From positions 1,929,352 through 1,993,351 of the forward strand of contig OZ244924.1 of NCBI GenBank assembly GCA_965221925.1: a stretch of 64,000 bases of DNA. Reading direction: 5' to 3'. Below the pieces are notes generated by a model. It searched no databases and was not told the DNA's origin. It saw only the letters and a program-made list of their open reading frames with translations. Source of the stretch: Dehalococcoidia bacterium. Its GTDB lineage: Bacteria > Chloroflexota > Dehalococcoidia > Lucifugimonadales > UBA2985. This document shows, piece by piece, positions 46,860-56,208 of this stretch (its first letter is position 1; each line of letters begins with the position of its first letter). The position numbers and the translations under genes were made by a program.

Positions 46860-48092
46860 GTGAGGCCTGATTTGTCGAATGCATCAGTCGATACAGCGGC
46901 GGCCTCCGGTCGGACATTGAGTCCGGCTGACCCGGATGACCTGCGATACAGCCTGCGGATATCGGTCTGGGTACGCTGGTTCGTGGTGATTGCGTGGCTG
47001 GCGCAATTCAACTATAGAGGCGACTTCACCGACCCAACCTTCATCCCTAACACGTTGCTGGCTGGCGCGTTGCTTGTTTTGAACGGCTATGTTCACCACC
47101 GCATCCGGTCAGCCCGGAGAGTGACGTGGCGCTGGGCGCTGGCCCTCAGCGCGATGGACGCGATTACAATCACGTCGGGTCTAGCAATATCAGGTGGCTT
47201 TCAGAACTCCTTTTTTGTCCTGTACTACCCGGCGCTGGCGAACTTTGCTGTGGTGTTTACATCTTTCAGGCTCAGCTTTGCCTGGACCACCATCATCGCC
47301 GTTGTATACACGGCGCTTAGCCTGTCTCTGTACTCGGGACTCGACTTTGAGGCCAAAGAAGAGAAGGTCTTGTTTTCGAGGATCGTGACCATGTTCGCGG
47401 TTGTCGCTGTGGTCAACCTCATCTCCAGACTGGAGCGCATTAGGCGGAGAGAGGCCGTGGAGCGAGAAAGGGAGCTCCAACGGGAACGAATTGAGCTCTC
47501 ACAGACAATCCACGACACTATTGCCCAGTCCGCTTACTTGATTGGTCTGGGAATCGAGACTGCTGTAGAGCTTGCTGAAGATTCGAACCTGGAACTGGTC
47601 GCCAAGCTTAAGGCAACACACTCCTTGTCGAAATCGACCATGTGGGAGCTGAGACATCCCATCGACGCCGGCCCGATATTCGAAGGCAGGGAGCTTGGCC
47701 GCGTATTGCGGTCACATGCATCCACATTCACCACCATCACATCGATTCCCACGGAGGTTGTCCAGACGGGAGCGGAGCCGCAGCTCTCAATGGTCACCCG
47801 GAGGCTGCTCTTTTCCGTGGCGCACAATGCGATGACCAATGCGTTTCGGCATTCGAATGCTTCCAGGGTAACTATGGCGCTACACTTTGGAGGCGAGACA
47901 CTCCGTATGACCATAGCCGACGACGGGATAGGACTCCCGGACGACTACGAAGACCGCGGCCACGGATTCAGGAACATGAGAATCGACGTGGAGCGAATGG
48001 GCGGAGCGCTTGAAGCCACTCTCGGAGAGTCCGGGCTTGGCACAGCCGTAACCTGCACTATTCCATATAGAGCGCCTGAAGGAGGCCGATAA
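46860..48092 (+). CDS. sensor histidine kinase (HisKA_3, NarX/DesK type)
   Basis: Membrane N-terminal half, H-box LSQTIHDTIAQSAY and an HATPase_c region (HNAMTNAFRHS ... DDGIGLP ... GHGFRNM). Start uncertain: GTG 46860 follows TTGACG-16-TAGAAT at 46809-46836, but the ORF is open from 46686. Confidence 0.8.
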   Translation: MRPDLSNASVDTAAASGRTLSPADPDDLRYSLRISVWVRWFVVIAWLAQFNYRGDFTDPTFIPNTLLAGALLVLNGYVHHRIRSARRVTWRWALALSAMDAITITSGLAISGGFQNSFFVLYYPALANFAVVFTSFRLSFAWTTIIAVVYTALSLSLYSGLDFEAKEEKVLFSRIVTMFAVVAVVNLISRLERIRRREAVERERELQRERIELSQTIHDTIAQSAYLIGLGIETAVELAEDSNLELVAKLKATHSLSKSTMWELRHPIDAGPIFEGRELGRVLRSHASTFTTITSIPTEVVQTGAEPQLSMVTRRLLFSVAHNAMTNAFRHSNASRVTMALHFGGETLRMTIADDGIGLPDDYEDRGHGFRNMRIDVERMGGALEATLGESGLGTAVTCTIPYRAPEGGR

Positions 48093-48618
48093 CTTGACAC
48101 CATCCAAACAATCCAGGGTAATGCTCGTAGACGATCATGAGATAATGCGGGACGGACTTCGAGAAGTCCTCGAGCGCTCCGGCAACTTCGAAGTGGTGGG
48201 CCAAGCCGGCGATGGCGTTGCAGCCGTCAACATCGCTCTGAAGTTAAAACCGGACGTAATTGTCATGGATGTGATGATGCCCTTGAAGAATGGTATCGAC
48301 GCGTGTAGAGAGATAACGGAAATGCTCCCGGACACGAAGACGCTGATTCTGACGGCTTCCGCGGAGGAGGATGCCGTGATGGAAGCGGTGGCCGCGGGCG
48401 CAACCGGCTTCCTTCAGAAATACTCCGGCAAGGAGAAACTCCTCGCTACGGTCCGGGAGGTTGCTGACGGCGAGTACCGAATACCGAGCAACGTCTTGCG
48501 AAGCGTGTTCGCGGGAATCCGGGGAACGGCTGAACAGAAGACGACCGACGGTCCCAAGTCGCTCACACAACGGGACAGGGTCTTTCGATTATGGCAAGAA
48601 GAGTGATAGAGTTGGCGT

Positions 48619-49062
48619 ATGAATACGGAGGGACTGGGAAAGAGCCTACTTGGAGTACTGGAGGGGGTGCCTGATCCCCGGTCCAGGCATGGTCGTCGCC
48701 ATGCGCTGAGTGCAATCTTGGCGTTATCGGTGTGTGCAATAGCAAGTGGCGCCCGTAGTCTATATGCCATAGCCCAATGGGGAAGGATGCAAGACCCGGC
48801 TACACTGAAGGAGTTGGGGTTCACCAGAGAGCGGACCCCTGCGATATCCACGTTGCATAAGGTGTTCAGCAGTATAGACGTGGATGTGTTCGAGAGTGTG
48901 CTTGGGGAATGGGTTGAATCTCAGTTGGGAACAAGAGAGGAGGCAATAGCAATAGATGGCAAGGCGCTTAGGGGGATACACGGGGAGGAGGCGCCTGGAG
49001 TCCGTCTTGTGGCTGCCTATAGCCATCGCATGGGCTTGGTGGTGAGTCAAAAAGGGGGGTGA
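48619..49062 (+). CDS. ISAs1-family transposase orfA (copy B)
   Basis: 147 aa, 2 aa different from copy A. Ends at the same A5G6-TGA (49049-49062). Confidence 0.85.
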   Translation: MNTEGLGKSLLGVLEGVPDPRSRHGRRHALSAILALSVCAIASGARSLYAIAQWGRMQDPATLKELGFTRERTPAISTLHKVFSSIDVDVFESVLGEWVESQLGTREEAIAIDGKALRGIHGEEAPGVRLVAAYSHRMGLVVSQKGG

Positions 49063-49742
49063 CGGCTGAGAAGCATCAGTCGGAGTTGGCTATGGCAAGC
49101 TCGCTGTTGGAGAGAATGATCGTAACAGACAGGGTAGTGACCGGGGATGCGCTGTACTGCCAGAGACAGCTGTGTGAACAGGTGGTTGGTGGAGGTGGCG
49201 ACTATCTGTTGATAGTCAAGAGCAACCAGAAGAGGCTGTACGAGGACATAGAGTTGTGCTTCGACCGGCCTGTGGTTGGTGAGACGTATGGATATGCCGA
49301 GACCGAGGACAGTCATGGAGAGCGTCGAGAGTATCGCAGGTTGTGGGCTACAGACACACTGAAGACCTATCTGGAGTGGCCCGGACACGGGCAGGTGATG
49401 AAGGTTGAGAGTTGGCGCAGCATCAAAGGCAAGACCACTCGGCAGGTGCGATACGCTATCACCAGCCTTGGGACTCACACACCGGCTGATAGACTGCTCC
49501 AACTGGTACGCGGCCATTGGCGCATTGAGAATGGCCTGCACTATGTGAGGGACGTGACCATGGGGGAGGATGGCTCCCAAGTTCGCACCGGCTCAGCGCC
49601 ACAGATGATGGCAGCCCTGAGAAACGTGGCGCTGAATATCCTCCGACTGAGCGGAGCTACCAACATCGCAGCAGCCATAAGGAACGTCGCTTGGCAGCCC
49701 AACGGCGCTCTCAGATTGCTAGGCCTACTACCATCACAATAA
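49059..49742 (+). CDS. ISAs1-family transposase orfB (copy B, -1 frame)
   Basis: 227 aa, 1 aa different from copy A. Confidence 0.85.
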   Translation: MTAEKHQSELAMASSLLERMIVTDRVVTGDALYCQRQLCEQVVGGGGDYLLIVKSNQKRLYEDIELCFDRPVVGETYGYAETEDSHGERREYRRLWATDTLKTYLEWPGHGQVMKVESWRSIKGKTTRQVRYAITSLGTHTPADRLLQLVRGHWRIENGLHYVRDVTMGEDGSQVRTGSAPQMMAALRNVALNILRLSGATNIAAAIRNVAWQPNGALRLLGLLPSQ

Positions 49743-50053
49743 TCGAAAGACCCTGACAACGGGACAGGGAGATCTTGACACTCTTCGCCCAAGGCCTTTC
49801 CTACGCGGAGATAGCAGAGGCGAGGAATAACCAGCCGTTGACTATTAGAAACGCGATATACAGCATTCAGGACAAGCTCGGTATTGATACCAAGCAGGAG
49901 CTTGTGGTGTGGGCGGTCCGTAACGGCCTCTTGGATGACTTCCAGATCGGAAGATGACCTCTGCCGTACGCGAATTTAGTCTTGGATTGCGGCTCAGTCG
50001 GTGCAGTAGCCCGCGTCGCTTAGCGATCGGCAGTGGTATCGAACGCTCGGTTG

Positions 50054-50148
50054 CCGCTCATGCTGAACTTGTCGAACCACATGAGCGGGACGCTGGGGAA
50101 GCCCACCCCCCTTTTGCTCACGCCCTTCGACTCGCTCAGGATGAGCGG
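50054..50148 (-). repeat. solitary copy of the array modules (partial core plus M2 hairpin)
   Basis: CCGCTCATG...CTTGTCGAACCACATGAGCGGG, then ...GCTCACGCCCTTCGACTCGCTCAGGATGAGCGG, matching the core-plus-tail unit of array R3. Followed by two GGAACCCAA.CACCCCTGGGTTCC hairpins. Confidence 0.75.
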
Positions 50149-50422
50149 AACCCAACCACCCCTGGGTTCCTTATAGAGGCCCTGAGGCCAAGCGTCACCA
50201 CGATAGCGGAACCCAAACACCCCTGGGTTCCTCCCTTCGCAGGAGTGCCGGCGCGGCCTGTGGCGCTCCTGACTGGCGTATGTTAGGATATATCTGAGGT
50301 CAAGCGCATAAGGGGCGTGAATCGGCGCAACTCAGGCGCCACTTCCGCCGACTCCGTAGCTGGGCAATAGGCGTATCCCAAGCGTGACGGATGACTACAT
50401 AGGCTCAAACCACCTCCGGCGA

Positions 50423-50497
50423 GCGGGTGTAGCTCAGTGGTAGAGCTCTTGCTTCCCAAGCAAGTTGTCGTGGGTTCGATCCCCATCACCCGCTCCA
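50423..50497 (+). tRNA. tRNA-Gly (anticodon CCC)
   Basis: Manual cloverleaf with acceptor GCGGGTG/CACCCGC, D arm GCTC-AGTGGTA-GAGC, anticodon arm CTTGC-TTCCCAA-GCAAG and T arm GTGGG-TTCGATC-CCCAT. CCA is encoded. Confidence 0.92.
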
Positions 50498-50687
50498 TCC
50501 TCACCGGCGCGAGATTAGTAGCGCAAGCCCTGCTGTTAAGGGCATTCTCCCGCCCTGCCCCACAGATTCCGCGCATCTTGGTACGCTTCGGCTTTGACGC
50601 CAACCATGTATGGCTGTAAAGTATGGGAGGCGGCGCCGCCGGTGGGAACCGGCAGGCGGTGTATCGACCGGAGAACTGACCCACAGC

Positions 50688-51119
50688 ATGGACATCAGAA
50701 GACGGCTGAGATACGGAGAGACGCTCATCTCCGACCACCATCCCTACTACGCCACCTCGCAGAGGGTAATCCTCTACCAGGAGATAGAGGGCCGCGACGA
50801 GATCTGGGAGCTGCCGTATGCGCGCCTGACCAGGGTGGAGGTGGTCAAGCTGCCTCGACACAAGATGATGATTGCCGGGACGTTGTTGGTAGTGGGCGGA
50901 GCCGTCATGTCAACCGTGGGGTTCATCACGTCCTGGCTGGCCATACTGGCGGGAATAGCCGCCATAGCCTACGGAGGCATTGGAAGGGAAGCCTACTATC
51001 AGCTTCACGCCGACGGCATGACCAAAGAAGAGGCTGCCAAGTGGCGGCTGGTCTACTTCGGCAGCGGGAGCTTCGTCCGCACCATACGAACGGTAATGGG
51101 GGACCGCCCGGATCTCTAG
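50688..51119 (+). CDS. hypothetical membrane protein
   Basis: 143 aa from MDIRRRLRYGE. Two central hydrophobic helices (MMIAGTLLVVGGAVMSTVGFITSWLAILAGIAAIAYGG). Topology resembles bacterial PH-domain membrane proteins, but no family is assigned. Confidence 0.4.
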   Translation: MDIRRRLRYGETLISDHHPYYATSQRVILYQEIEGRDEIWELPYARLTRVEVVKLPRHKMMIAGTLLVVGGAVMSTVGFITSWLAILAGIAAIAYGGIGREAYYQLHADGMTKEEAAKWRLVYFGSGSFVRTIRTVMGDRPDL

Positions 51120-51853
51120 CCCGCGGCCCCGCGCCGATACTCCTCCACCAACCTCGCTACATCCTCCGGCCCTCTTCGCCCTGTTGCTGCCAGATCCTCC
51201 AGCATCGCCCTTCGCCTTTCCACCTCTCCGGCATCTCCCCTAAGGAACGTTGGGGTCTCAACCTCTTCGAAACAGTCCTCATCCTCAATCCACCGGAACA
51301 GCTGACGACCGTGGGGCTTGCCGCCCTGCACGTAGTCTATCTCATGCACCTCTGCCAGTCGTCTCCAGAAGTTGTCCAGGTCGTCGCCGAATCTGAGAAT
51401 GTACAGCACGAGGTCGATGCGGGAGGCCGCCTCATCGGTGACCTCATTGCCCTGGCAGATGACGTCCAGCGCCTCCTCCAACCCAGGCGCGTGCAGGGCC
51501 GTGGACAGGGAGTATCCGGCCGTCATGGTATCGAAGACCCGCCGCACCGGGGCGCCCCAGATGTATCTGGGAACGGGGCCCTGGCTGAACTCCGCCACCG
51601 CCAGGCAGCCCCCGGTGGCAGCCTCTTTGAGCTCGTCCATCTCCGCTTCTTCACCGCTCAGGTGATGAACAGGCGTCTCCGGGGGCAGCAGAGACAGTAT
51701 GGCATTGCTCGTCGTGGTTTTGCCGGCGAAGCGCGGGATAGCTACGACCACCATGGAAAGGCCCCTGTCCATGGCTGCCCACATGGTAGCAGCCATCCAT
51801 GACGTCATGGTGCCGTTGCGTATCAGATCTATAATGGTCACGGTCTCAGCCAT
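51116..51853 (-). CDS. short P-loop ATPase related to type II/IV secretion NTPases (CpaF/VirB11-like)
   Basis: 245 aa. Walker A in VVVAIPRFAGKTTTSNAIL, ...GYSLSTALHAPGLEEALDVI resembles the His-box region. Lacks the usual N-terminal domain. Confidence 0.5.
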   Translation of the reverse strand: MAETVTIIDLIRNGTMTSWMAATMWAAMDRGLSMVVVAIPRFAGKTTTSNAILSLLPPETPVHHLSGEEAEMDELKEAATGGCLAVAEFSQGPVPRYIWGAPVRRVFDTMTAGYSLSTALHAPGLEEALDVICQGNEVTDEAASRIDLVLYILRFGDDLDNFWRRLAEVHEIDYVQGGKPHGRQLFRWIEDEDCFEEVETPTFLRGDAGEVERRRAMLEDLAATGRRGPEDVARLVEEYRRGAAG

Positions 51854-51991
51854 TGCCTCACCTCATGCCTTTCGTCGTGGGTCTCCGGTAAACACGCTCA
51901 CAAATCCTGCCGACGTGGGGCTTGCCGGGCGGCGAAGGCCGGTCTGGCGTCAAAGCCGTCGTGGGCAAAGACCGGGAGGCCCGCGAAAGCG

Positions 51992-53038
51992 CTACCACAG
52001 GACCTCTATCTCCGACTCCCGTCGCTCCACTACCTCGCCTACGACGGCGGCCCCGCTTACGCCTCTCCGCGACATGGCCGCCATCAGGTCGTCGACCTTG
52101 CCGGCCGGGACCGACATCAGGAGGCCGCCGGAGGTCTGAGCGTCGCACAGTACCAGCTTCGCTTCGTTGCTGATGTGGGAACCCCACGCCACCACCGGGT
52201 TCACGGAGTGGAGGTTTCGATGCGTCCCGCCGGGCGCAATACCCTGCTGTACCAGACCCCACGTTCCCTCGATGAGCGGCGTCAGGGAGAAGCGTACCCG
52301 CGCCGTCACCCCGGAGGCTTCAACCATCGTCTTCAGATGCCCCAGCAGGCCGAAGCCGGTAACGTCCGTACAAGCGTTTACCCCCACCTCCGTCATAGCT
52401 TCGGAGGGGGCCCTATTCAGAGCGCTCATCACCTCTATGGCCCGCTCAATGGTGGCGGCATCCGCCACGCTTTCCTTGCCGGCGGTGGTGATGATGCCTG
52501 TGCCCAGAGGCTTGGTGAGAACCAGCAGGTCTCCCGCCCTGGCAGAGGCGTTGGTCACATGCTTCCCAGGCTCGACAAGGCCGGTCACCGCCATGCCATA
52601 CTTGGGCTCCTTGTCGTCCAGGGTGTGCCCACCGACTATCAGCGCTCCGGCCTCTTTAGCCTTGTCGGCGGCCCCCTTCATTATCTCTCCAAGTATGTCC
52701 ACCGGCAGGTCTCTGGGGAAGCAGACCAGGTTCAGGGCCAGAAGGGGCTTGCCTCCCATGGCGTACACATCGCTGAACGCGTTTGCCGCGGCGATTGCGC
52801 CGAAGCTCCACGGGTCGTCCACGATGGGTGGGAAGAGGTCTACGGTCTGCACGAGGGCCAAGTCCTCACTCAACCGGTAGACGGCGGCATCGTCTCCGGT
52901 GCTGATCCCAACCAGCAGGTTGGGATCGGAAAAGGTCGGCAGCTGACGCAGGACCTGCGCCAGGTCCTCAGGACTGAATTTAGAGGCTCAACCGGCGCAG
53001 TTGGCCAGGCTGGTCAGACGTATCTGCTCGCCCTGCAT
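51992..53038 (-). CDS. selD: selenide, water dikinase (selenophosphate synthetase), Sec-containing
   Basis: The ORF track shows only 51992-52873. Upstream in the same frame, ATG 53038 (GGAAAGGA RBS) gives MQGEQIRLTSLANCAG-U-ASKFSPEDLAQVLRQLPTFSDPNLLVGISTGDDAAVYRL, joined to SEDLALVQTVD.... TGA at 52988-52990 aligns with the catalytic Cys17/Sec of SelD. Confidence 0.9.
52943..52971 (-). promoter_or_regulatory. candidate SECIS hairpin of selD
   Basis: Minus strand CUGAGGACCUG-GCG-CAGGUCCU(GCGU)CAG, an 8-bp upper stem plus a 3-bp lower stem, starting 19 nt after the U of UGA. Confidence 0.55.
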
Positions 53039-53176
53039 TTGGCAAGTCCTTTCCGGGAGCGTGGTCCCGCGGGTATTCAACATGATAACACACGCGGAGC
53101 GGACGCGCGCCTCCTCCCAACGTCGTCATGCCCGCGAACGCGGGCAATTGGCACGGCATAGTAAGGGGCGGTAGAC

Positions 53177-53412
53177 TCCTGCTTTCGGAGACCATTGCGC
53201 AACCGCCCAACGCGCCATTTGATGTCATTCCGAGCGCAGCGAGGAATCTAAGACGTTGCGCCGTAGTCATGAGAAGATTCCTGCCACAAGGGTCCTCGTG
53301 GGGGATGAGAGCCTTTAGATTCCTCACTCCGCTGTGCTCCGTTCGGAATGACAGTTGGAGCGTCTTTTCACAGGATGGCGCCCAGAGTTATGCAAAGGTC
53401 TCCTTTCGCAGG
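53177..53412. repeat. 236-bp MITE-like hairpin element, copy 2
   Basis: Near-identical to 30962-31197. Flanked by two small hairpins, ATGCCCGC-GAAC-GCGGGCA (53128-53146) and TGCCCGC-GAAC-GCGGGCA (53451-53469). Confidence 0.85.
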
Positions 53413-53493
53413 GGTGGTTACGGCGTCGGCAGTTACCACCGTGTAGCACCTGCCCGCGAACGCGGGCATCCAGAGGAGGATGGGGGGTAAATT

Positions 53494-54261
53494 ACCATTC
53501 GTGGTGAGCCAAGCTCCCTTGTCCGTTCATGGTGAGCCAAGCTCCCTTGTCCGTTCATGGTGAGCCAAGCTCCCCTGCCCGTTCGTGGTAAACCGAGCTC
53601 CCCTGCCCGTTCGTGGTAAACCGAGCTCCCCTGCCCGTTCGTGGTGAGCTTGTCGAACCACATGAGCGGGACACTGGAGAAGCCGACCCAGTTCCGCTCA
53701 CGCCCTTCGACTTCGCTCAGGATGAGCGGAATGTCCCTGCCCATTAGTGGTAAACTTGTCGAACCACATGAGCGGGACACTGGAGAAGCCGACCCAGTTC
53801 CGCTCACGCCCTTCGACTTCGCTCAGGATGAGCGGAATGTCCTTGTCCGTTCATGGTGAGCCGATCTCCCCTGCCCGTTCGTGGTGAGCTTGTCGAACCA
53901 CATGAGCGGGACACTGGAGAAGCCGACCCAGTTCCGCTCACGCCCTTCGACTTCGCTCAGGATGAGCGGAATGTCCTTATCCGTTCATGGTGAGCCGAGC
54001 TCCCCTGCCCGTTCGTGGTGAGCCGAGCTCCCCTGCCCGTTCGTGGTGAGCCGAGCTCCCCTGCCCGTTCGTGGTGAGCTTGTCGAACCACAAGAGCGGG
54101 ACACTGGAGAAGCCGACCCAGTTCCGCTCACGCCCTTCGACTTCGCTCAGGATGAGCGGAATGTCCTTGTCCGTTCGTGGTGAGCCGATCTCCCCTGCCC
54201 GTTCGTGGTGAGCCGAGCTCCCCTGCCCGTTCGTGGTGAGCTTGTCGAACCACATGAGCGG
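53494..54261 (-). repeat. tandem array R3: 28-bp units interleaved with five core modules and four 66-bp M2 tails
   Basis: Plus strand reads blocks of CCGTTC(G/A)TGGTGAGCC(G/A)AGCTCCCCTGC (period 28), then GTTCGTGGTGAGCTTGTCGAACCACATGAGCGGG, then ACACTGGAGAAGCCGACCCAGTTCCGCTCACGCCCTTCGACTTCGCTCAGGATGAGCGGAATGTCC, repeated. Confidence 0.95.
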
Positions 54262-54309
54262 AAAAGGTTAGCCGATTTCGCTGGAACGACAAGAGCGTGG
54301 CATGGGGCG

Positions 54310-55203
54310 CTAGACGTACCGCTCCCCACCATCCGGGAAAACGGTCACCACCACTCGCCCCGGACCCAGGCGCATGGCTATGCGGAGAGACGCCAGAGCG
54401 CTGGCCCCGGAGGAGACCCCCACCAGCAGCCCCTCCTCCCGGGCCAGGCGGGCCGTCATCTGCAATGCCTCATCGTCGGTGACGCCGATGACCTCGTCTA
54501 CAATATCCATGTTGAGAATCGGGGGCACGAAATCGGCCCCCAGTCCTGGTATGGCATGGCTTCCCACGTCTCCACCGCTCAGAACGGGCGAGGAGGACGG
54601 CTCCACGGCCACCACCAGGGTGTCCGGGTACCGCTCCTTGAGCGCCTCGCCCACGCCGGTGATGGTCCCGCCGCTGCCAACGCCGGCCACAAAAGCATCC
54701 ACCCTTGCCCCGGCGTCTCGCAGTATCTCCTGGGCTGTGGTCTCCCTGTGGGCCCTGGGATTGGCGGGGTTGAGGAACTGATTCATAGCCACGTAGGTAG
54801 GGTTTTCTCGGACCAGCGTCTCGGCGGCGCATATGGCGCCGGCCATGCCGTCAAGAGGCGACGTCATGTGAAGCTCAACGCCCATGTGGGTCAGCAGCCG
54901 CTTCCGCTCCATTGGGATCCCCTCAGGCATAGCAATGATGAGGGAGTACCCCTTGGCCGCGGCGACCATAGCCAGGGATATTCCAGTGTTGCCGCTGGTG
55001 GCCTCCACCAGCGTATGGCCCGGAAGCAGCCTTCCGGCCTCCTCGGCGTCACGCACCATCGCCAGGGCAATGCGGTCCTTGACGCTCCCCGTGGGGTTTC
55101 GGCTCTCCAGCTTCCCCAGCACTGTGGCCGACCCCTCGGCCGGAACCCGCTTGAGGGCAACCAGGGGTGTATTGCCTATCTGGTCGAGAATGCTCTGGGA
55201 CAT
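54310..55203 (-). CDS. cysK: cysteine synthase A (O-acetylserine sulfhydrylase)
   Basis: 297 aa from MSQSILDQIGNTPLV. NPTGSVKDR, TSGNTG, GVGSGGTITG. The longer ORF to 55353 is rejected. Confidence 0.88.
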   Translation of the reverse strand: MSQSILDQIGNTPLVALKRVPAEGSATVLGKLESRNPTGSVKDRIALAMVRDAEEAGRLLPGHTLVEATSGNTGISLAMVAAAKGYSLIIAMPEGIPMERKRLLTHMGVELHMTSPLDGMAGAICAAETLVRENPTYVAMNQFLNPANPRAHRETTAQEILRDAGARVDAFVAGVGSGGTITGVGEALKERYPDTLVVAVEPSSSPVLSGGDVGSHAIPGLGADFVPPILNMDIVDEVIGVTDDEALQMTARLAREEGLLVGVSSGASALASLRIAMRLGPGRVVVTVFPDGGERYV

Positions 55204-55390
55204 AAGGGGCGGCGCGCCTCCCTGTATGAATATCCCATTTTGACCCCGTAGGGTACGCGAGTCAAGACGAGCGCAAGGCCCCATGCCTAGACGTGTATCC
55301 GACCCAAAGGGGTCATCCGTGTTGCCTACCAAATGAGGGCATGGTATATTCACCTACGCGCGGGCCTTCCGGACGAGAGGCCGGTACAGG

Positions 55391-56206
55391 ATGGATATGG
55401 ACAGGATAAAGCAGAGTTTCGACGCGCTGGCCGCAAGAGGCGAAATGGGGCTGATACCCTACCTCACCGTAGGCTTTCCTTCCGTGGAGGATACGCTTTC
55501 TCTGGCATCTGCCCTTGTGGACGGCGGCGCAGATGTGGTGGAGCTGGGCGTGCCCTTCAGCGACCCTCTGGCCGATGGCCCCACCATTCAAAGGGCCAGC
55601 TTCCACGCCCTTGCCCAGGGCGTAACCCTGGCTACGTGCTTGCAGGTATGCCGCCGGCTGAGAGGCGCCGGAATCGCCGTTCCCCTGGTGTTTATGAGCT
55701 ACTACAACCCCATCCTCAGCTACGGACTGGGGCGATTCGCATCAGACGCCCAGGACGCCGGACTGGATGGGGTCATAGTGCCCGACCTGCCCTTTGAGGA
55801 AGCCGACCCCTTGCGGACCGAGTGCAGCAGCCACGGCGTCCACATCATCCCGCTGCTGGCCCCCACCAGCGCCGACGCGCGCATTGCCCACTCGTGCGAA
55901 AAAGCCGGCGGGTTCGTGTACTGCGTCAGCCTGACCGGGGTCACCGGGGCGCGGGAGGAGATTCCTCCGGGCGTGCCCGCTCTCACACGGAGAGTCAGGG
56001 AGCGCACGGACCTTCCAATAGCCATCGGGTTCGGTATCTCGCAAAGACGCCACGTGGAGGCTCTGGCTTCCTGCGCCAATGCGGCAATTGTGGGAAGCGC
56101 GCTGATTGACCTTGTGGACAGGACGCCGTCCACCCGGAGAGAAGAGACGGTGAGGGAGTTTGTGGCCGGGCTCAAGGGTATGACCCCCACTCAAGGGAGG
56201 CAGTAA
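55391..56206 (+). CDS. trpA: tryptophan synthase alpha chain
   Basis: 271 aa. VELGVPFSDPLADGPTIQ ... GFGIS. Confidence 0.9.
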   Translation: MDMDRIKQSFDALAARGEMGLIPYLTVGFPSVEDTLSLASALVDGGADVVELGVPFSDPLADGPTIQRASFHALAQGVTLATCLQVCRRLRGAGIAVPLVFMSYYNPILSYGLGRFASDAQDAGLDGVIVPDLPFEEADPLRTECSSHGVHIIPLLAPTSADARIAHSCEKAGGFVYCVSLTGVTGAREEIPPGVPALTRRVRERTDLPIAIGFGISQRRHVEALASCANAAIVGSALIDLVDRTPSTRREETVREFVAGLKGMTPTQGRQ

Positions 56207-56208
56207 TC

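Larger units (their letters stand above)
48576..49755 (+). mobile_element. ISAs1-family insertion sequence, copy B (1180 bp)
   Basis: Same inverted repeats as copy A. 9-bp target duplication ACAACGGGA (48567-48575 and 49756-49764). Confidence 0.9.
48094..49957 (+). pseudogene. NarL/FixJ-family response regulator interrupted by ISAs1 copy B
   Basis: REC domain (VMLVDDHEIMRDG...DVIVMDVMMP) up to ...KSLTQRD, then the IS. After the IS, the same frame continues REILTLFAQGLSYAEIAE...IRNAIYSIQDKLG (LuxR-type HTH). Removing the IS and one 9-bp duplication restores one ORF. Confidence 0.9.
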
